Counted from the stretch's first letter, positions 7,465-16,660 are shown. The stretch is DNA of 17,931 nt from Sulfolobales archaeon (GCA_038867615.1 JAWBYA010000014.1:1-17931); one strand, 5' to 3'. Translations and numbers: made by a program. Notes: generated by a model not told the origin, from the letters alone.

Positions 7465-9942
7465 CTACTTGGGGGCTGGGATAAGTATTGATGCCATATA
7501 GGGCTTCAGCAGTAGGAGGATCAATATAACTATGGACATTAGCAGGGGTATCTTAGCAGCCCTCACGGTTCCATAGAGGCTCTTAGCCGCTGCTATAGCT
7601 AGCACTATACCTACCTCCACTATGAGGAAGTCTATGAGGGTTACCAGGAATGGATCCACACCCTTCCCTGTTATCGTCTGGAGAACCTGCTGTGGTATCG
7701 GTATATTCTTGGCTTGGGATGCGAGGAGCTCTATATCCACATTGCTTTTAGCTATGATTGATGATGCTGTACCTATGATCCCTAGTGTTGCTGTTAAGAC
7801 AAGGACAAGGATAACTGGGACAGCCATCATAACCCCTACTGCCAGGGTTAGCCTGCTCCTCGTGCTCTTCACAATCACGAGGTAGTCTGATAGGAACCAT
7901 GCCAAGATCTTCATCACCTCCTTAGCCCTCTCCCCAGCAGCCTCTACCTGAGCCATGACGAGCTGTGTAAGCCTCATGATCCAAGATCCCGAGAACCAAT
8001 CAGCCTTTGCAAGGGGATCTCCTTTTTGCGCATAGCTAGCCATCCTCTTAACGATCTTCATGAACTCCTGAGAGAACCTAGAGGCACCAGATCTCTCGGT
8101 CTCAACCACAAGGTACTCAAGAGCCTTCCCAACAGGTCTCAGCTCAACAAGATCTGCCAGGGTGTTTAGGAACACAACAATGTTCTTCTCAACCTCAGAG
8201 ATCTCCTTATAGGCTGATCTGAAGTCTATGAATAACCCTGCGAAGAACGGGATCAAGATCCCTATGAAGGCTATAGATATGGGAGCTTTCACATATAGGG
8301 TTAGTATTATAGCAGCTATAGTCCCTATTATAAGCCCAGCCGCTGGATAGCTGAGCGCTGCCCTAGGCAGCTTGTTTGGGAATGACACACTAACCTTTGA
8401 CGCTGCCATGTTGAAGAACACATATGATAGCGGACCTCCTATTGCTAGCATTGAGAATATCATTGCTGATGACGCTCCTGGGTTGAGTATGATCCCTATG
8501 ATGAGGGGTAGGATCGGGAATGTCAGGACTGTTATGAACATTGTTACAAGGGTGTTGAGCATCATACCAAGGCTCTCAAGCCTCCTCTTAAGTAGATCAA
8601 GGCTCTCAAGAACCATCTTCACAGCGAAGTCCTTCAGCGGCGTGCCCACAGCTAGCTGGTTTACATAGCCTCTCATATAGCTTTTGAAGCTCTCGGATGG
8701 GCAGTATGAGATGTAACGATCTATTGCCTGCATAGGGGTTAAACCAAGGATCCTTATATATCTCAGCAGGATCTGAGCCTCCCTCTCAAGGGCTGGGAGC
8801 AACTCTGCAAACCTAGATCTCTTCTTCTCCCTTGGTATGAAGCTCTCGAATATCTTCTCTATATCCCTCACACCATTTATGATGTTTATCGCAGATACTA
8901 TTGTGAAGAATGGATAGATCTTCTCAAGGCTGGATCTCCTAGAAGAGATAGCCATAGAGAGGGAGAGCTTCATAAGGGCTATAGGGATTAGAGGGGTTGC
9001 AAAGGCTATGGGGGCTATAAACGAGTATGAGGGTGCTATGCTCACAATCAAGGTATATATTGTCGGGGATATTGATAGAAGTATAACGCTTTGGACAAGA
9101 TATCTAGCTGCGTAGAGCATCGGATCCGCCGCTAGCCCCGAGACCTCTATATCCCTCTCAATCATCCTACCCAATCTGATAGCTACGTTCTGCAGACTTC
9201 TATACCTAGATAGGTTCCTATACACTCTTAGAAGTCCTTTTCCGCTGAATCTAATATCAGTCCTCCCTGGAGGCATCATAATGCCAAATACAAGCGTTAT
9301 GAGAAGGGCGGAGGATATTATGAATGACACAGCAAGGACAGGAGATCTAGTTAGTAGAAGGGCTGCTGTAGAGACGATAAGCGATGATATAACGAGGATG
9401 TTATCCATGATCCTGATCTTAAGCTCGCTAACAGTTGCAGGCAGGGTACTCCTCCTAGCAACTCTGCTTAGTAGTCCGAATCCCTTGGCAACAGCTCTCT
9501 CGACAAGTGGAGAATCTAGTGTTAGCTCGAACCTCATGCCAGAGATAGCTATAACAGCGGCGGCTACTATTCCATGCGCTGGTAGATACTGTAGTAACCC
9601 TAGGTTGTTGCTCAGAGCGACAATGACCACATAGAGGATCAGATGTATTATGTTTGAGTGGGATAGGAAGAAGAAGATGAGGGGAGAGGCTATTGATGCT
9701 GACAACCCTATATCAACTAAGAGAGGGCTAGCCCTGATGGCAGGTGTGTTGGGGATCAGCAATATGGTAGCTATTATAGCTAGCTGGATCAGGATAGCTG
9801 CTCTAACAAACATATATCTCTTGGAGAAGAATCCCTTAGCAAGATCTATAGCTAGCCTTCTAACCCTCCTAGCATCAAACCTAACCCTCCTCCTAATAAA
9901 CCTCGAACCAGCCCTGGAATTAGCTTTAGCTTTGAGAGTCAC
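7465..9942 (-). CDS. Type IV pilus membrane platform protein (FlaJ/TadC/UpsF-like, two T2SSF-type domains) with an extra N-terminal membrane region
   Basis: Domain 1: 'RRSSLEKIYPFF...LGLTPMQAIDRYISYCPSESFKSYMRGY...G'; domain 2: 'EVEKNIVVFLNTLAD...KGDPL...SWIMR...EAAGE'; each followed by TM helices. GTG 9942 chosen because GGTG lies 6 nt upstream (ORF track start 9954). Confidence 0.8.
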   Translation of the reverse strand: MTLKAKANSRAGSRFIRRRVRFDARRVRRLAIDLAKGFFSKRYMFVRAAILIQLAIIATILLIPNTPAIRASPLLVDIGLSASIASPLIFFFLSHSNIIHLILYVVIVALSNNLGLLQYLPAHGIVAAAVIAISGMRFELTLDSPLVERAVAKGFGLLSRVARRSTLPATVSELKIRIMDNILVISSLIVSTAALLLTRSPVLAVSFIISSALLITLVFGIMMPPGRTDIRFSGKGLLRVYRNLSRYRSLQNVAIRLGRMIERDIEVSGLAADPMLYAARYLVQSVILLSISPTIYTLIVSIAPSYSFIAPIAFATPLIPIALMKLSLSMAISSRRSSLEKIYPFFTIVSAINIINGVRDIEKIFESFIPREKKRSRFAELLPALEREAQILLRYIRILGLTPMQAIDRYISYCPSESFKSYMRGYVNQLAVGTPLKDFAVKMVLESLDLLKRRLESLGMMLNTLVTMFITVLTFPILPLIIGIILNPGASSAMIFSMLAIGGPLSYVFFNMAASKVSVSFPNKLPRAALSYPAAGLIIGTIAAIILTLYVKAPISIAFIGILIPFFAGLFIDFRSAYKEISEVEKNIVVFLNTLADLVELRPVGKALEYLVVETERSGASRFSQEFMKIVKRMASYAQKGDPLAKADWFSGSWIMRLTQLVMAQVEAAGERAKEVMKILAWFLSDYLVIVKSTRSRLTLAVGVMMAVPVILVLVLTATLGIIGTASSIIAKSNVDIELLASQAKNIPIPQQVLQTITGKGVDPFLVTLIDFLIVEVGIVLAIAAAKSLYGTVRAAKIPLLMSIVILILLLLKPYMASILIPAPK

Positions 9943-9991
9943 TACACACACCAAGAATAAAGATATAGGAGTAAAAGCAACACTTAAAAAA

Positions 9992-10252
9992 CTACTGATC
10001 TAGTAATATAAGTAGATATCTTCTGGTTCTGCAGGGAGACCACTCTGTGAATATAGTTGATCTTGCGTTTATCGAGACCTCCTCCCCAAGCTCCGCCTTC
10101 GATATTTGTTCATACTCCAGGAGAACCCCGTGTAGCAGGAGGTTTTCACAGTTCCCATTATCATCTCTACATAGTGTTGCTTCATAGACGCTTCCAACTC
10201 TTTTGAGGTGTGTATAGAGATATATTGCTTTGGAGAGCATAGGGATACCCAT
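9992..10252 (-). CDS. Hypothetical protein (86 aa)
   Basis: Non-overlapping ORF that fills the gap and is co-oriented with the platform gene; no motif recognised. Confidence 0.5.
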   Translation of the reverse strand: MGIPMLSKAIYLYTHLKRVGSVYEATLCRDDNGNCENLLLHGVLLEYEQISKAELGEEVSINARSTIFTEWSPCRTRRYLLILLDQ

Positions 10253-10280
10253 AGTTTTTGTCTAAAAAAGTGGGGGTGCC

Positions 10281-10601
10281 ATGATATACTGTGCCAGGTT
10301 TCTCCTCACACACTATGTCCTTGTTTTTGATTACCTCTCGGATCCGAGAGAGATAGATCTTGAGGTGTTCGGCGATGAGATACGCTACTGCGTAGATGAC
10401 ATACCAGACCCCAGCTTCATCGTAACATGCTCGGAAAGTAAGTGTTTGCTAGGAATACATGCTGATGGATCTCTTGTAGATGTCATAGTATCGAGTGCTC
10501 CGCCACCATCCCTAGATCTTCTTGAGAATGAGGAGATAGAGAACCTCAAAAAGATCCATAAATTCTGGCTAACAAAAGCACTACCAGAACTAAAAAAATA
10601 A
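10281..10601 (+). CDS. Hypothetical protein (106 aa, acidic)
   Basis: Non-overlapping ORF with GGGGGTG before the ATG; no motif recognised. Confidence 0.6.
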   Translation: MIYCARFLLTHYVLVFDYLSDPREIDLEVFGDEIRYCVDDIPDPSFIVTCSESKCLLGIHADGSLVDVIVSSAPPPSLDLLENEEIENLKKIHKFWLTKALPELKK

Positions 10602-10645
10602 GCTACCCCGCTATAGCAGCCCTCCGCTCTTTTTCTCCTTCCCGT

Positions 10646-11581
10646 ATGGGTAGGATACCTTTGTCTCAGGTATCTAGCCCATTTGTTGAGATAGATTGCT
10701 CGAAGCTTGATAGCTGCGAAGTCGAGGGCTATGGCAGGAAGATGGCTAAATCAGTTCATATTGTTTGCAGCGATAAGAGGATCGTTATAAGGCAAGATGA
10801 TCTCTCGAAGCTGCTATCATTGCTAGAAGTCAGAGGTGGGAGGAGGGCTGGTGTAGATGCTGCTGTCGAAGCTGCAAGATCTATCCTTGGGAATGGAGAC
10901 TTTTTGATCCACGCAAGAAAGATAGATAAGCTAGACGATAGTGGCAGACAGATCTTGATAGCATATGCTGTTGCCACGAAGGAATTCAAACCAATCCCAC
11001 ACAGACCTCTCTTCGACTTCGTCGAAACTGAGCTAGCTAGGGCAGGGCTTCTAGGAGGGCAAAGAATCGTTAGGAGATATAAAGTGCGCACAGTAGCATA
11101 TATACCTATTGCGAAAAGTAGCTATGCTGTGGCTGTTTCGAATGCTAACACATCTAGAGATGCTGTAAGGGTCTATGATGCCCTGATCATTAACGGGATC
11201 CCTATCCCGATTGCTACTGAGTTCTACAAAACGATGCACAGAGCTGATGAGATCGAGATCATGAAAAGGGCGGCTGAATATGCAATGGAGATCGCTGCCA
11301 AACATGCTGGTGTCAGGATCAAGCTGAAACCCATTAGCAGAAGTGATGTTGAGAAATTCATTGCCATGGCTGAGAGGATCTTCCCAAGGCGATATGCCTC
11401 GTGGTTTGCAAAGCTGAGAAATACAAAGACATCTGAGGAGCTGCTGGCAGAGGCAGCATCTATAGCAGATAGAATAGCAAAGCAAAGAGGAGAAGAAGAA
11501 ATAGCAAAATTCCTAAGAGAACTTACAAAGACAATAGCAGAGGACTTTAGAGAGTCGAATGTGAATGCTATAACAGTTTAA
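10646..11581 (+). CDS. DUF932-like plasmid/phage-type protein
   Basis: Motif order AVATKEFKPIPHRPLF ... VAVSNANTSRDAVRV ... IING ... KTMH parallels the DUF932 pattern (vvs.rY.pi.n ... l.NshdG..al.v ... C.NG ... H). Recognised by eye only. Confidence 0.5.
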   Translation: MGRIPLSQVSSPFVEIDCSKLDSCEVEGYGRKMAKSVHIVCSDKRIVIRQDDLSKLLSLLEVRGGRRAGVDAAVEAARSILGNGDFLIHARKIDKLDDSGRQILIAYAVATKEFKPIPHRPLFDFVETELARAGLLGGQRIVRRYKVRTVAYIPIAKSSYAVAVSNANTSRDAVRVYDALIINGIPIPIATEFYKTMHRADEIEIMKRAAEYAMEIAAKHAGVRIKLKPISRSDVEKFIAMAERIFPRRYASWFAKLRNTKTSEELLAEAASIADRIAKQRGEEEIAKFLRELTKTIAEDFRESNVNAITV

Positions 11582-11628
11582 TGAAGAAAAATAGCTTTTG
11601 TTTCTATGAGAAATTGTCAGGGCTTGGG

Positions 11629-12165
11629 TTGAGGGGTGTTAGTCAGGTTGTTGCTGCTTTGATGCTTGCCCTTGTTGCTGTTGGTGCTGTCTCGATATAT
11701 TTCTCTCTGATCCAGCCGATGGTAAGGGCTCCGAGGGGCGCTGTAGCCCTATCCATTACAAGGGATCCAGAGCTTAGTGTTGTCAGCAGTAACCAAATAG
11801 CTATAAGGGTTGAGGTTAAGATCTACAACCCACTCACAGAAAGCATAAGGGTTACAGACGCAGATGTTACATTCCTATTCAGAGGTCCCAACATCCCCAC
11901 CCTCTACGGGCAGAGCTGTAGGGTTGGTCTAACTGGCGATGTTCTAGTGCCTGCTGGCTCTGTTACCCACACATATATAGCGTGCTATTTCAATTCGGGC
12001 TCTCCAGGATATAACCATCTGCTGGTGGCAGCGTGTGGGAGCACAAGCTGCCAGCTAACCCCACAGCTGCTTGCATCCGCCATGAAGAGCCTAGAGATAA
12101 TCTCGATAGTATATTACTATGTGATAACATCAACATGGGAGGAGGGATCTAGATCTTTTCCTTAG
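11629..12165 (+). CDS. Archaeal type IV pilin-like protein with class III signal peptide
   Basis: From TTG 11629: MRG|VSQVVAALMLALVAVGAVSIYF, followed by an Ig-like beta domain (VEVKIYNP...IRVTD) with 4 Cys. The ORF track starts it at 11581. Confidence 0.8.
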   Translation: MRGVSQVVAALMLALVAVGAVSIYFSLIQPMVRAPRGAVALSITRDPELSVVSSNQIAIRVEVKIYNPLTESIRVTDADVTFLFRGPNIPTLYGQSCRVGLTGDVLVPAGSVTHTYIACYFNSGSPGYNHLLVAACGSTSCQLTPQLLASAMKSLEIISIVYYYVITSTWEEGSRSFP

Positions 12166-12235
12166 AAATGAAACCCCGAGCTATCTTTGTTTTCAGGGTG
12201 TTCTCTGCTTTTTATCCCTACTCTGTGGGGCAAGG

Positions 12236-12547
12236 ATGTCTCTGATTAGGTGGGCTGGGTATGTTGAGGATGAGGATGAGGAACCCAGACCTAGAAGGGT
12301 TCAGAGGTGGAAACCATATCTATGGAGCGTTTGCCATCCACAATGTTTCTATGCGGAGCGTGAGGAGAAGTGCGACTGCAAATGTGGCGGTAAATATCAT
12401 GGGGTTGGGAGGAGGTCTGTGAGTGAGGAAGAGGGTGGCAAAGTAGAGGATAAGGGTTTGCTGGGGCAAAAATCTGAACGGGCTAGGTCTATGCAGAAAA
12501 AGATTGTTAGTAGAGGAAATACTTTGGATCATTATGCTATGAGATAA
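12236..12547 (+). CDS. Small Cys/His-cluster (putative zinc-binding) protein
   Basis: CHPQCFYAEREEKCDCKCGGKYHG motif flanked by charged, probably disordered segments. Confidence 0.65.
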   Translation: MSLIRWAGYVEDEDEEPRPRRVQRWKPYLWSVCHPQCFYAEREEKCDCKCGGKYHGVGRRSVSEEEGGKVEDKGLLGQKSERARSMQKKIVSRGNTLDHYAMR

Positions 12548-12551
12548 CCTG

Positions 12552-13934
12552 CTATCTTCTCCTTCTTATTAGTGTTGCTGCTATTATTGCTATGGCTGTT
12601 ATTGCCGATGCTATTATCAGCCCCTGATCTGTTATTCCAGTTGTTCCGCCCTGCTGTGCTCCCTGCTGTATGATCCTCGTTACTATCTGTGTTACTGTTA
12701 GTGTTGCCAAAGCCTCCGTAACCCTCTTCTCATATGTGAGGATCATAGGGCTTGTAACAACCCTGCTCTCCGTTATCGTTATCGGTGGGAGTGGGGAGGG
12801 GTAGTAAAGCTCCTTTGTAACGGTTACATATCTAGGCTCGATAACTGTGGTGCCCCCTATAACACTTGTAGTTGTTACTGTGATAGTTATCACAGTAGGT
12901 GTCCACGTAGGTGTTGGTGGCTGTGGAGGTTGTGGGGGAGGGGGTATAGTGGTGGTTGGGGTTACAGTATATACTGTTGGATCGAAGAATCCCCTCCCGC
13001 TGAAAACACCAGCATCATCTATGTTGATGGATAGCGCTGACACAGGCTCATCCCAAGTGGTTCGATATGAATCCCCAAGTATAAAGATATAGATGCCGAT
13101 TGGGGGGTCGCTAGATAGTGTTGATAACGAGTACTCTGGTACTATCTCTGTCATGGCTATGCTGGCAACAGTTCTATTGAACTCGGCTATGAGGAGACCC
13201 TTTTTAGCTGTGTAGTTCAGTATCACAACCCCTCTGAGGCTGAACCAGCTCCCAACATCCACATAGAATGGTTTAGGCTCAACAATATCTCCAAGCCCCA
13301 CCCCGAACTTGCTCCAGTTATTGGCAAACATCTTCAGCCCAGCGGCAAGCATGGTATTGTTACCAGGTGTAGCATCAAACCTTATATTTAGCCCAACATC
13401 TGGACAGTCGGGCAAATCGGGGCATCCACTTTTATCCTGGTAGTTCTTTGGCAGCAGCCCTATGCTTATGAAGAAAGCCCCCCACTTTGTAAGGTTATGC
13501 CATATTCTGAACCACGCCTCGAAGCCATACACAACACCATCGAATGGCTGTGGCAATGTAGATCCATTGAGACCAAGCATCAAGTGAGCCTCGATCTGGT
13601 AGCTTATGTTAGAGCTATAGCCATAGACTATGTAAGAGTTAGGTGGGGAGATATAGTTCCTCAGATCTACTGCGGAATAAGTTCGTATATAGGAGAAATA
13701 TCTAGATAGCGGGGAGTGGTCGATCCTATATAGAACATCTGTAGATCCATCTGGGCGTGTAGTTGTTCTTGGAATACCCGTGAATCTAGATATATAGCTG
13801 TTTTCAATGGTATAGCTATATCCATGCCCAGATCCAATATTCTGGGTCTCAATCCTCGGAATAGATAGCATCGGCGCCATAGCAACAAGCAGGACAGCAA
13901 GAACACCAAGGACAGAACCCAGATCCCTCAACAC
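12552..13934 (-). CDS. Membrane-anchored surface protein with Pro/Thr-rich stalk
   Basis: Start at GTG 13934 or TTG 13931 after GGTGGTGGT. Signal peptide, beta-rich globular domain, PPPPQPPQPPTPT linker, alternating Thr/Val stalk, C-terminal TM helix and RRRR tail. Confidence 0.75.
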   Translation of the reverse strand: MLRDLGSVLGVLAVLLVAMAPMLSIPRIETQNIGSGHGYSYTIENSYISRFTGIPRTTTRPDGSTDVLYRIDHSPLSRYFSYIRTYSAVDLRNYISPPNSYIVYGYSSNISYQIEAHLMLGLNGSTLPQPFDGVVYGFEAWFRIWHNLTKWGAFFISIGLLPKNYQDKSGCPDLPDCPDVGLNIRFDATPGNNTMLAAGLKMFANNWSKFGVGLGDIVEPKPFYVDVGSWFSLRGVVILNYTAKKGLLIAEFNRTVASIAMTEIVPEYSLSTLSSDPPIGIYIFILGDSYRTTWDEPVSALSINIDDAGVFSGRGFFDPTVYTVTPTTTIPPPPQPPQPPTPTWTPTVITITVTTTSVIGGTTVIEPRYVTVTKELYYPSPLPPITITESRVVTSPMILTYEKRVTEALATLTVTQIVTRIIQQGAQQGGTTGITDQGLIIASAITAIAIIAATLIRRRR

Positions 13935-13983
13935 ACCACCACCAATAACATAATAACAAATTAGAAAGCTTATATAGGGGGGC

Positions 13984-14133
13984 ATATCTCCTACCCATCC
14001 CACCAAGATCTTGTTGCGGAAGTGGACTTAAGCAATTATGTTGCCTATGTTCTTTTTATGATTATAACATGTAATCAAAAGTCCATAGCTGATAACGCAA
14101 CATGATCTAGGGAGATGAGGTGGGTAGGGATAT
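13984..14133. repeat. Nested imperfect inverted repeats (~150 nt); candidate structured RNA, origin or MITE
   Basis: Paired arms: 13984-13999/14119-14133, AGATC 14006-14010/14104-14108, TGTTGCG 14012-14018/14096-14102, TGGACTT 14023-14029/14079-14085. Two inner hairpins at 14032-14044 and 14059-14077. Confidence 0.75.
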
Positions 14134-16205
14134 TATTTGCAGGTTATTGCGTTTAGTTTCTCCCACAGTTTTTTAGCCCATTCTGGTTTTGTTTTGTAGC
14201 CCTCTAGAGCATATCTATATATTTCTGATGCCTTCTCCTTCTCAATGCATGGGCTTCTGAGCTCTAGTGCGTAGTTCCTTGTTATCCTTTTCAGCACACT
14301 TGTTGGCACGCCTAGCTGTCTCAGCTCTTTAGCCACCTCGTTAATGCCTGTGGCAAGTATGTTCATAACCTCCTTAAGCTTTTGGGAGGCTGGTGTGGGG
14401 TCTCTATAGTACTGGCTCCAAAGCCTGTATAGTAACATTGCCCCTGCAAGCTCGAACATCTTCTCTGCAACCTCCTGAGCCCACCTTCTATGCTTGCTAT
14501 TTACGCTAGCCTCAAGCCCGTAGAGTATTGCATCGTTTTTCGCCTCCTCATATTTCTCCCTAAGATCTGGATCGCTTGATGAGAGGATCTCAATAGTCTT
14601 ATCAGCAAGCATGTTCAGAAGAGCCTCTACCGAGACGCTATCAGAAGCTGCCTTGTCTGCTATAGCCTTCTCATCTAGCTTCAAACCCATCAGAGCAGCA
14701 ATCTCATACTCCCTCTTAGGCTCTGGGAAGTCCAGCCTGCCATTGTTTATAACCAGATATCCTTGATCTAGTAGCTTCCTCAGGATATTTTCAACACTTC
14801 TTAGTACAGCATCTAACCCAGCATCCCCATGCAGGGCTGCGAAGTATGTTCTCTTGAATGGCTCTCTCAGGCTAGCTGGGTCTCTTAGACCGTAGGCGAC
14901 TATCCTTAGAATGGTTCTTTCTAGGAAATCCTCATCGTAGATCCTTGATGCTACAGGTTCAGCCTTCACTTTCAAAAGATATTGATTCAGATAGGCTGAT
15001 TCGGTATCGGTTGTGATGATTATATGTACATGACCTTCATTATCTAGACCAGGTCGCCCAGCTCTCCCAGATAGTTGGTGGAAGAGCGTAGCATCTAACA
15101 AGTTACCCTCGAAATCAGTTAGCCTCGTGATCACAAGGTGTCGTGCTGGGAGATTAACCCCCTCGACAAGGGTATATGCAGTCCCAACAATATGTATCTT
15201 CCTCTTCACAAAGAACTCCTGAACAGCATTTCTAGACATCGTGCTTAGACCGCCATGGTGAAACGCAACAGGTGCCTCACTAAGAATATCCCTTAGCGTC
15301 TTATCGTTCCCTGTACCAGAGCCGAGCTTGGAGATTACCGCATTCTTCTCTTGATCCCATTGTTTGATGATCTCAGGGGCTTCTTTATGTAGTGTATATG
15401 CGATCAGCTTAGCCAGCTCCTCAACAGCTCCCCTCGTAGGTGCCCAGTAGAGCACACCACTCCTCTCTTTGAGATAGAGATCAACTATGTATTTAGCAGC
15501 AACCTCATCTATCGTATCGCCTCCGATAACCTTGCCATTAACCTCTATCCTGAATACTGGCATCATGGAATAATCATTGATCGCTGTTTTTACCCTGACC
15601 TCGTGATAGAATAGAGGTACTGGTCTCTCCATTTTCGGCTTTATAACCGTGCCACCGATCCACTTAGCCATTGCGTTAGCATCTTCATCGTTTATCGTGG
15701 CTGATAGTAGGATCACATTTGCACCCTTGCTCAAAGCCCATGATACAACAAACTCTGTTATAGGATCCATGTTATGAGCCTCATCAACAACAATAAGTGC
15801 ATCCTTGATCCAATTAACAACAGATCTATTACCTATGTATTGAGACAACTTATATGGCGTGGTAACAACAAGATCACTCTCAACAATTGCTTTAGGAGGA
15901 GCTGAGAAATCCTTGTTAGCTATTAAAGCTCTTATCCCTGTTTTCGGGACTATATTATCTTTAATATATTTATATTTCTCCCAACAATTAGCTCTAGTTC
16001 TGGTTAGATAGACACCTCTACCCTTTTTGATCATGAAGAAAAGCGCTATGAAGGTTTTCCCACTACCAGTAGGGGCTGGAATCACATAGTTACCATTAGG
16101 GTTCATCGTATCCAGGGCTGTTCTCTGAAGCTCGTTAGGTTCTACATCAAACAGATACCTGAAGAGATCCTCATCGCCTTTAATAACAAATAATCTACTG
16201 AGCAT
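14133..16205 (-). CDS. Ski2-like (Hel308/Hjm-related) superfamily 2 DEAH helicase
   Basis: Motifs I PTGSGKT, II DEAH, III SAT, HHGGL, V TLVEGVNLPA and VI QLSGRAGRPG. Motif Ia and the C-terminal part are divergent, so no gene symbol is given. Confidence 0.9.
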   Translation of the reverse strand: MLSRLFVIKGDEDLFRYLFDVEPNELQRTALDTMNPNGNYVIPAPTGSGKTFIALFFMIKKGRGVYLTRTRANCWEKYKYIKDNIVPKTGIRALIANKDFSAPPKAIVESDLVVTTPYKLSQYIGNRSVVNWIKDALIVVDEAHNMDPITEFVVSWALSKGANVILLSATINDEDANAMAKWIGGTVIKPKMERPVPLFYHEVRVKTAINDYSMMPVFRIEVNGKVIGGDTIDEVAAKYIVDLYLKERSGVLYWAPTRGAVEELAKLIAYTLHKEAPEIIKQWDQEKNAVISKLGSGTGNDKTLRDILSEAPVAFHHGGLSTMSRNAVQEFFVKRKIHIVGTAYTLVEGVNLPARHLVITRLTDFEGNLLDATLFHQLSGRAGRPGLDNEGHVHIIITTDTESAYLNQYLLKVKAEPVASRIYDEDFLERTILRIVAYGLRDPASLREPFKRTYFAALHGDAGLDAVLRSVENILRKLLDQGYLVINNGRLDFPEPKREYEIAALMGLKLDEKAIADKAASDSVSVEALLNMLADKTIEILSSSDPDLREKYEEAKNDAILYGLEASVNSKHRRWAQEVAEKMFELAGAMLLYRLWSQYYRDPTPASQKLKEVMNILATGINEVAKELRQLGVPTSVLKRITRNYALELRSPCIEKEKASEIYRYALEGYKTKPEWAKKLWEKLNAITCK

Positions 16206-16276
16206 CTTAATCCCTAATTAATAACAAAAAAGCAGCACATTGTTTTTTCCTAGGAGCATACTATAGTGGTGCTGAA

Positions 16277-16660
16277 ATGGCTGAAGAGGTTATTGGCACA
16301 CTATCTATCGTGGCAATGATAACAGTAGCAGCGCTCCTAGGCTTCCTAGTGGGGGTATATGCAGCATCCTTTGTCTCACAGTCGGCTGGTATATCAATGC
16401 CATCCCCAGTAGCGATATCTGGCAATGCTATTATAAGCGGTAGTAATGTATATATATTTATCCATAGCTCATACCCAGGATCTATAAATAGCGTTATCAG
16501 GTTTGTATGCCCAGGCAATAGCTGGACATCACAGCAGATCACAATAAACAATGGCGTCAATATCTATGTATTCTCCAGACCCTGGTGGTTCACATCATCA
16601 GTAGAATGCAGAGCAATAGTAGATCTCAGCCAAGGATCTATCTCCCTCCCAGTCTCATGA
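16277..16660 (+). CDS. Pilin-like small membrane protein lacking a basic leader
   Basis: MAEEVIGTLSIVAMITVAALLGFLV N-terminal helix plus a beta-rich domain with 2 Cys; GTGGTG upstream of the ATG. Confidence 0.55.
   Translation: MAEEVIGTLSIVAMITVAALLGFLVGVYAASFVSQSAGISMPSPVAISGNAIISGSNVYIFIHSSYPGSINSVIRFVCPGNSWTSQQITINNGVNIYVFSRPWWFTSSVECRAIVDLSQGSISLPVS

Noticed and set aside
10601-10611. AGCTACCCCGC, matching the IS end
   Set aside because: Only 11 bp with no hairpin partner; could be chance.
12170-12203. Weak hairpin starting GAAACCCCG after the second pilin, as a possible third IS remnant
   Set aside because: Poor pairing and no real match to the other ends.
14019-14095. Hammerhead ribozyme (CTGATAA opposite GAAG flanking a stem)
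   Set aside because: The core deviates from CUGANGA/GAAA and there is no room for stem I.
349-16560. Short ORFs overlapping larger genes (e.g. 349, 940, 1198, 3430, 4184, 5105, 6218, 7622, 9281, 10756, 12847, 13667, 16261)
   Set aside because: Antisense or alternative-frame shadows of well-supported genes, with no motifs of their own.
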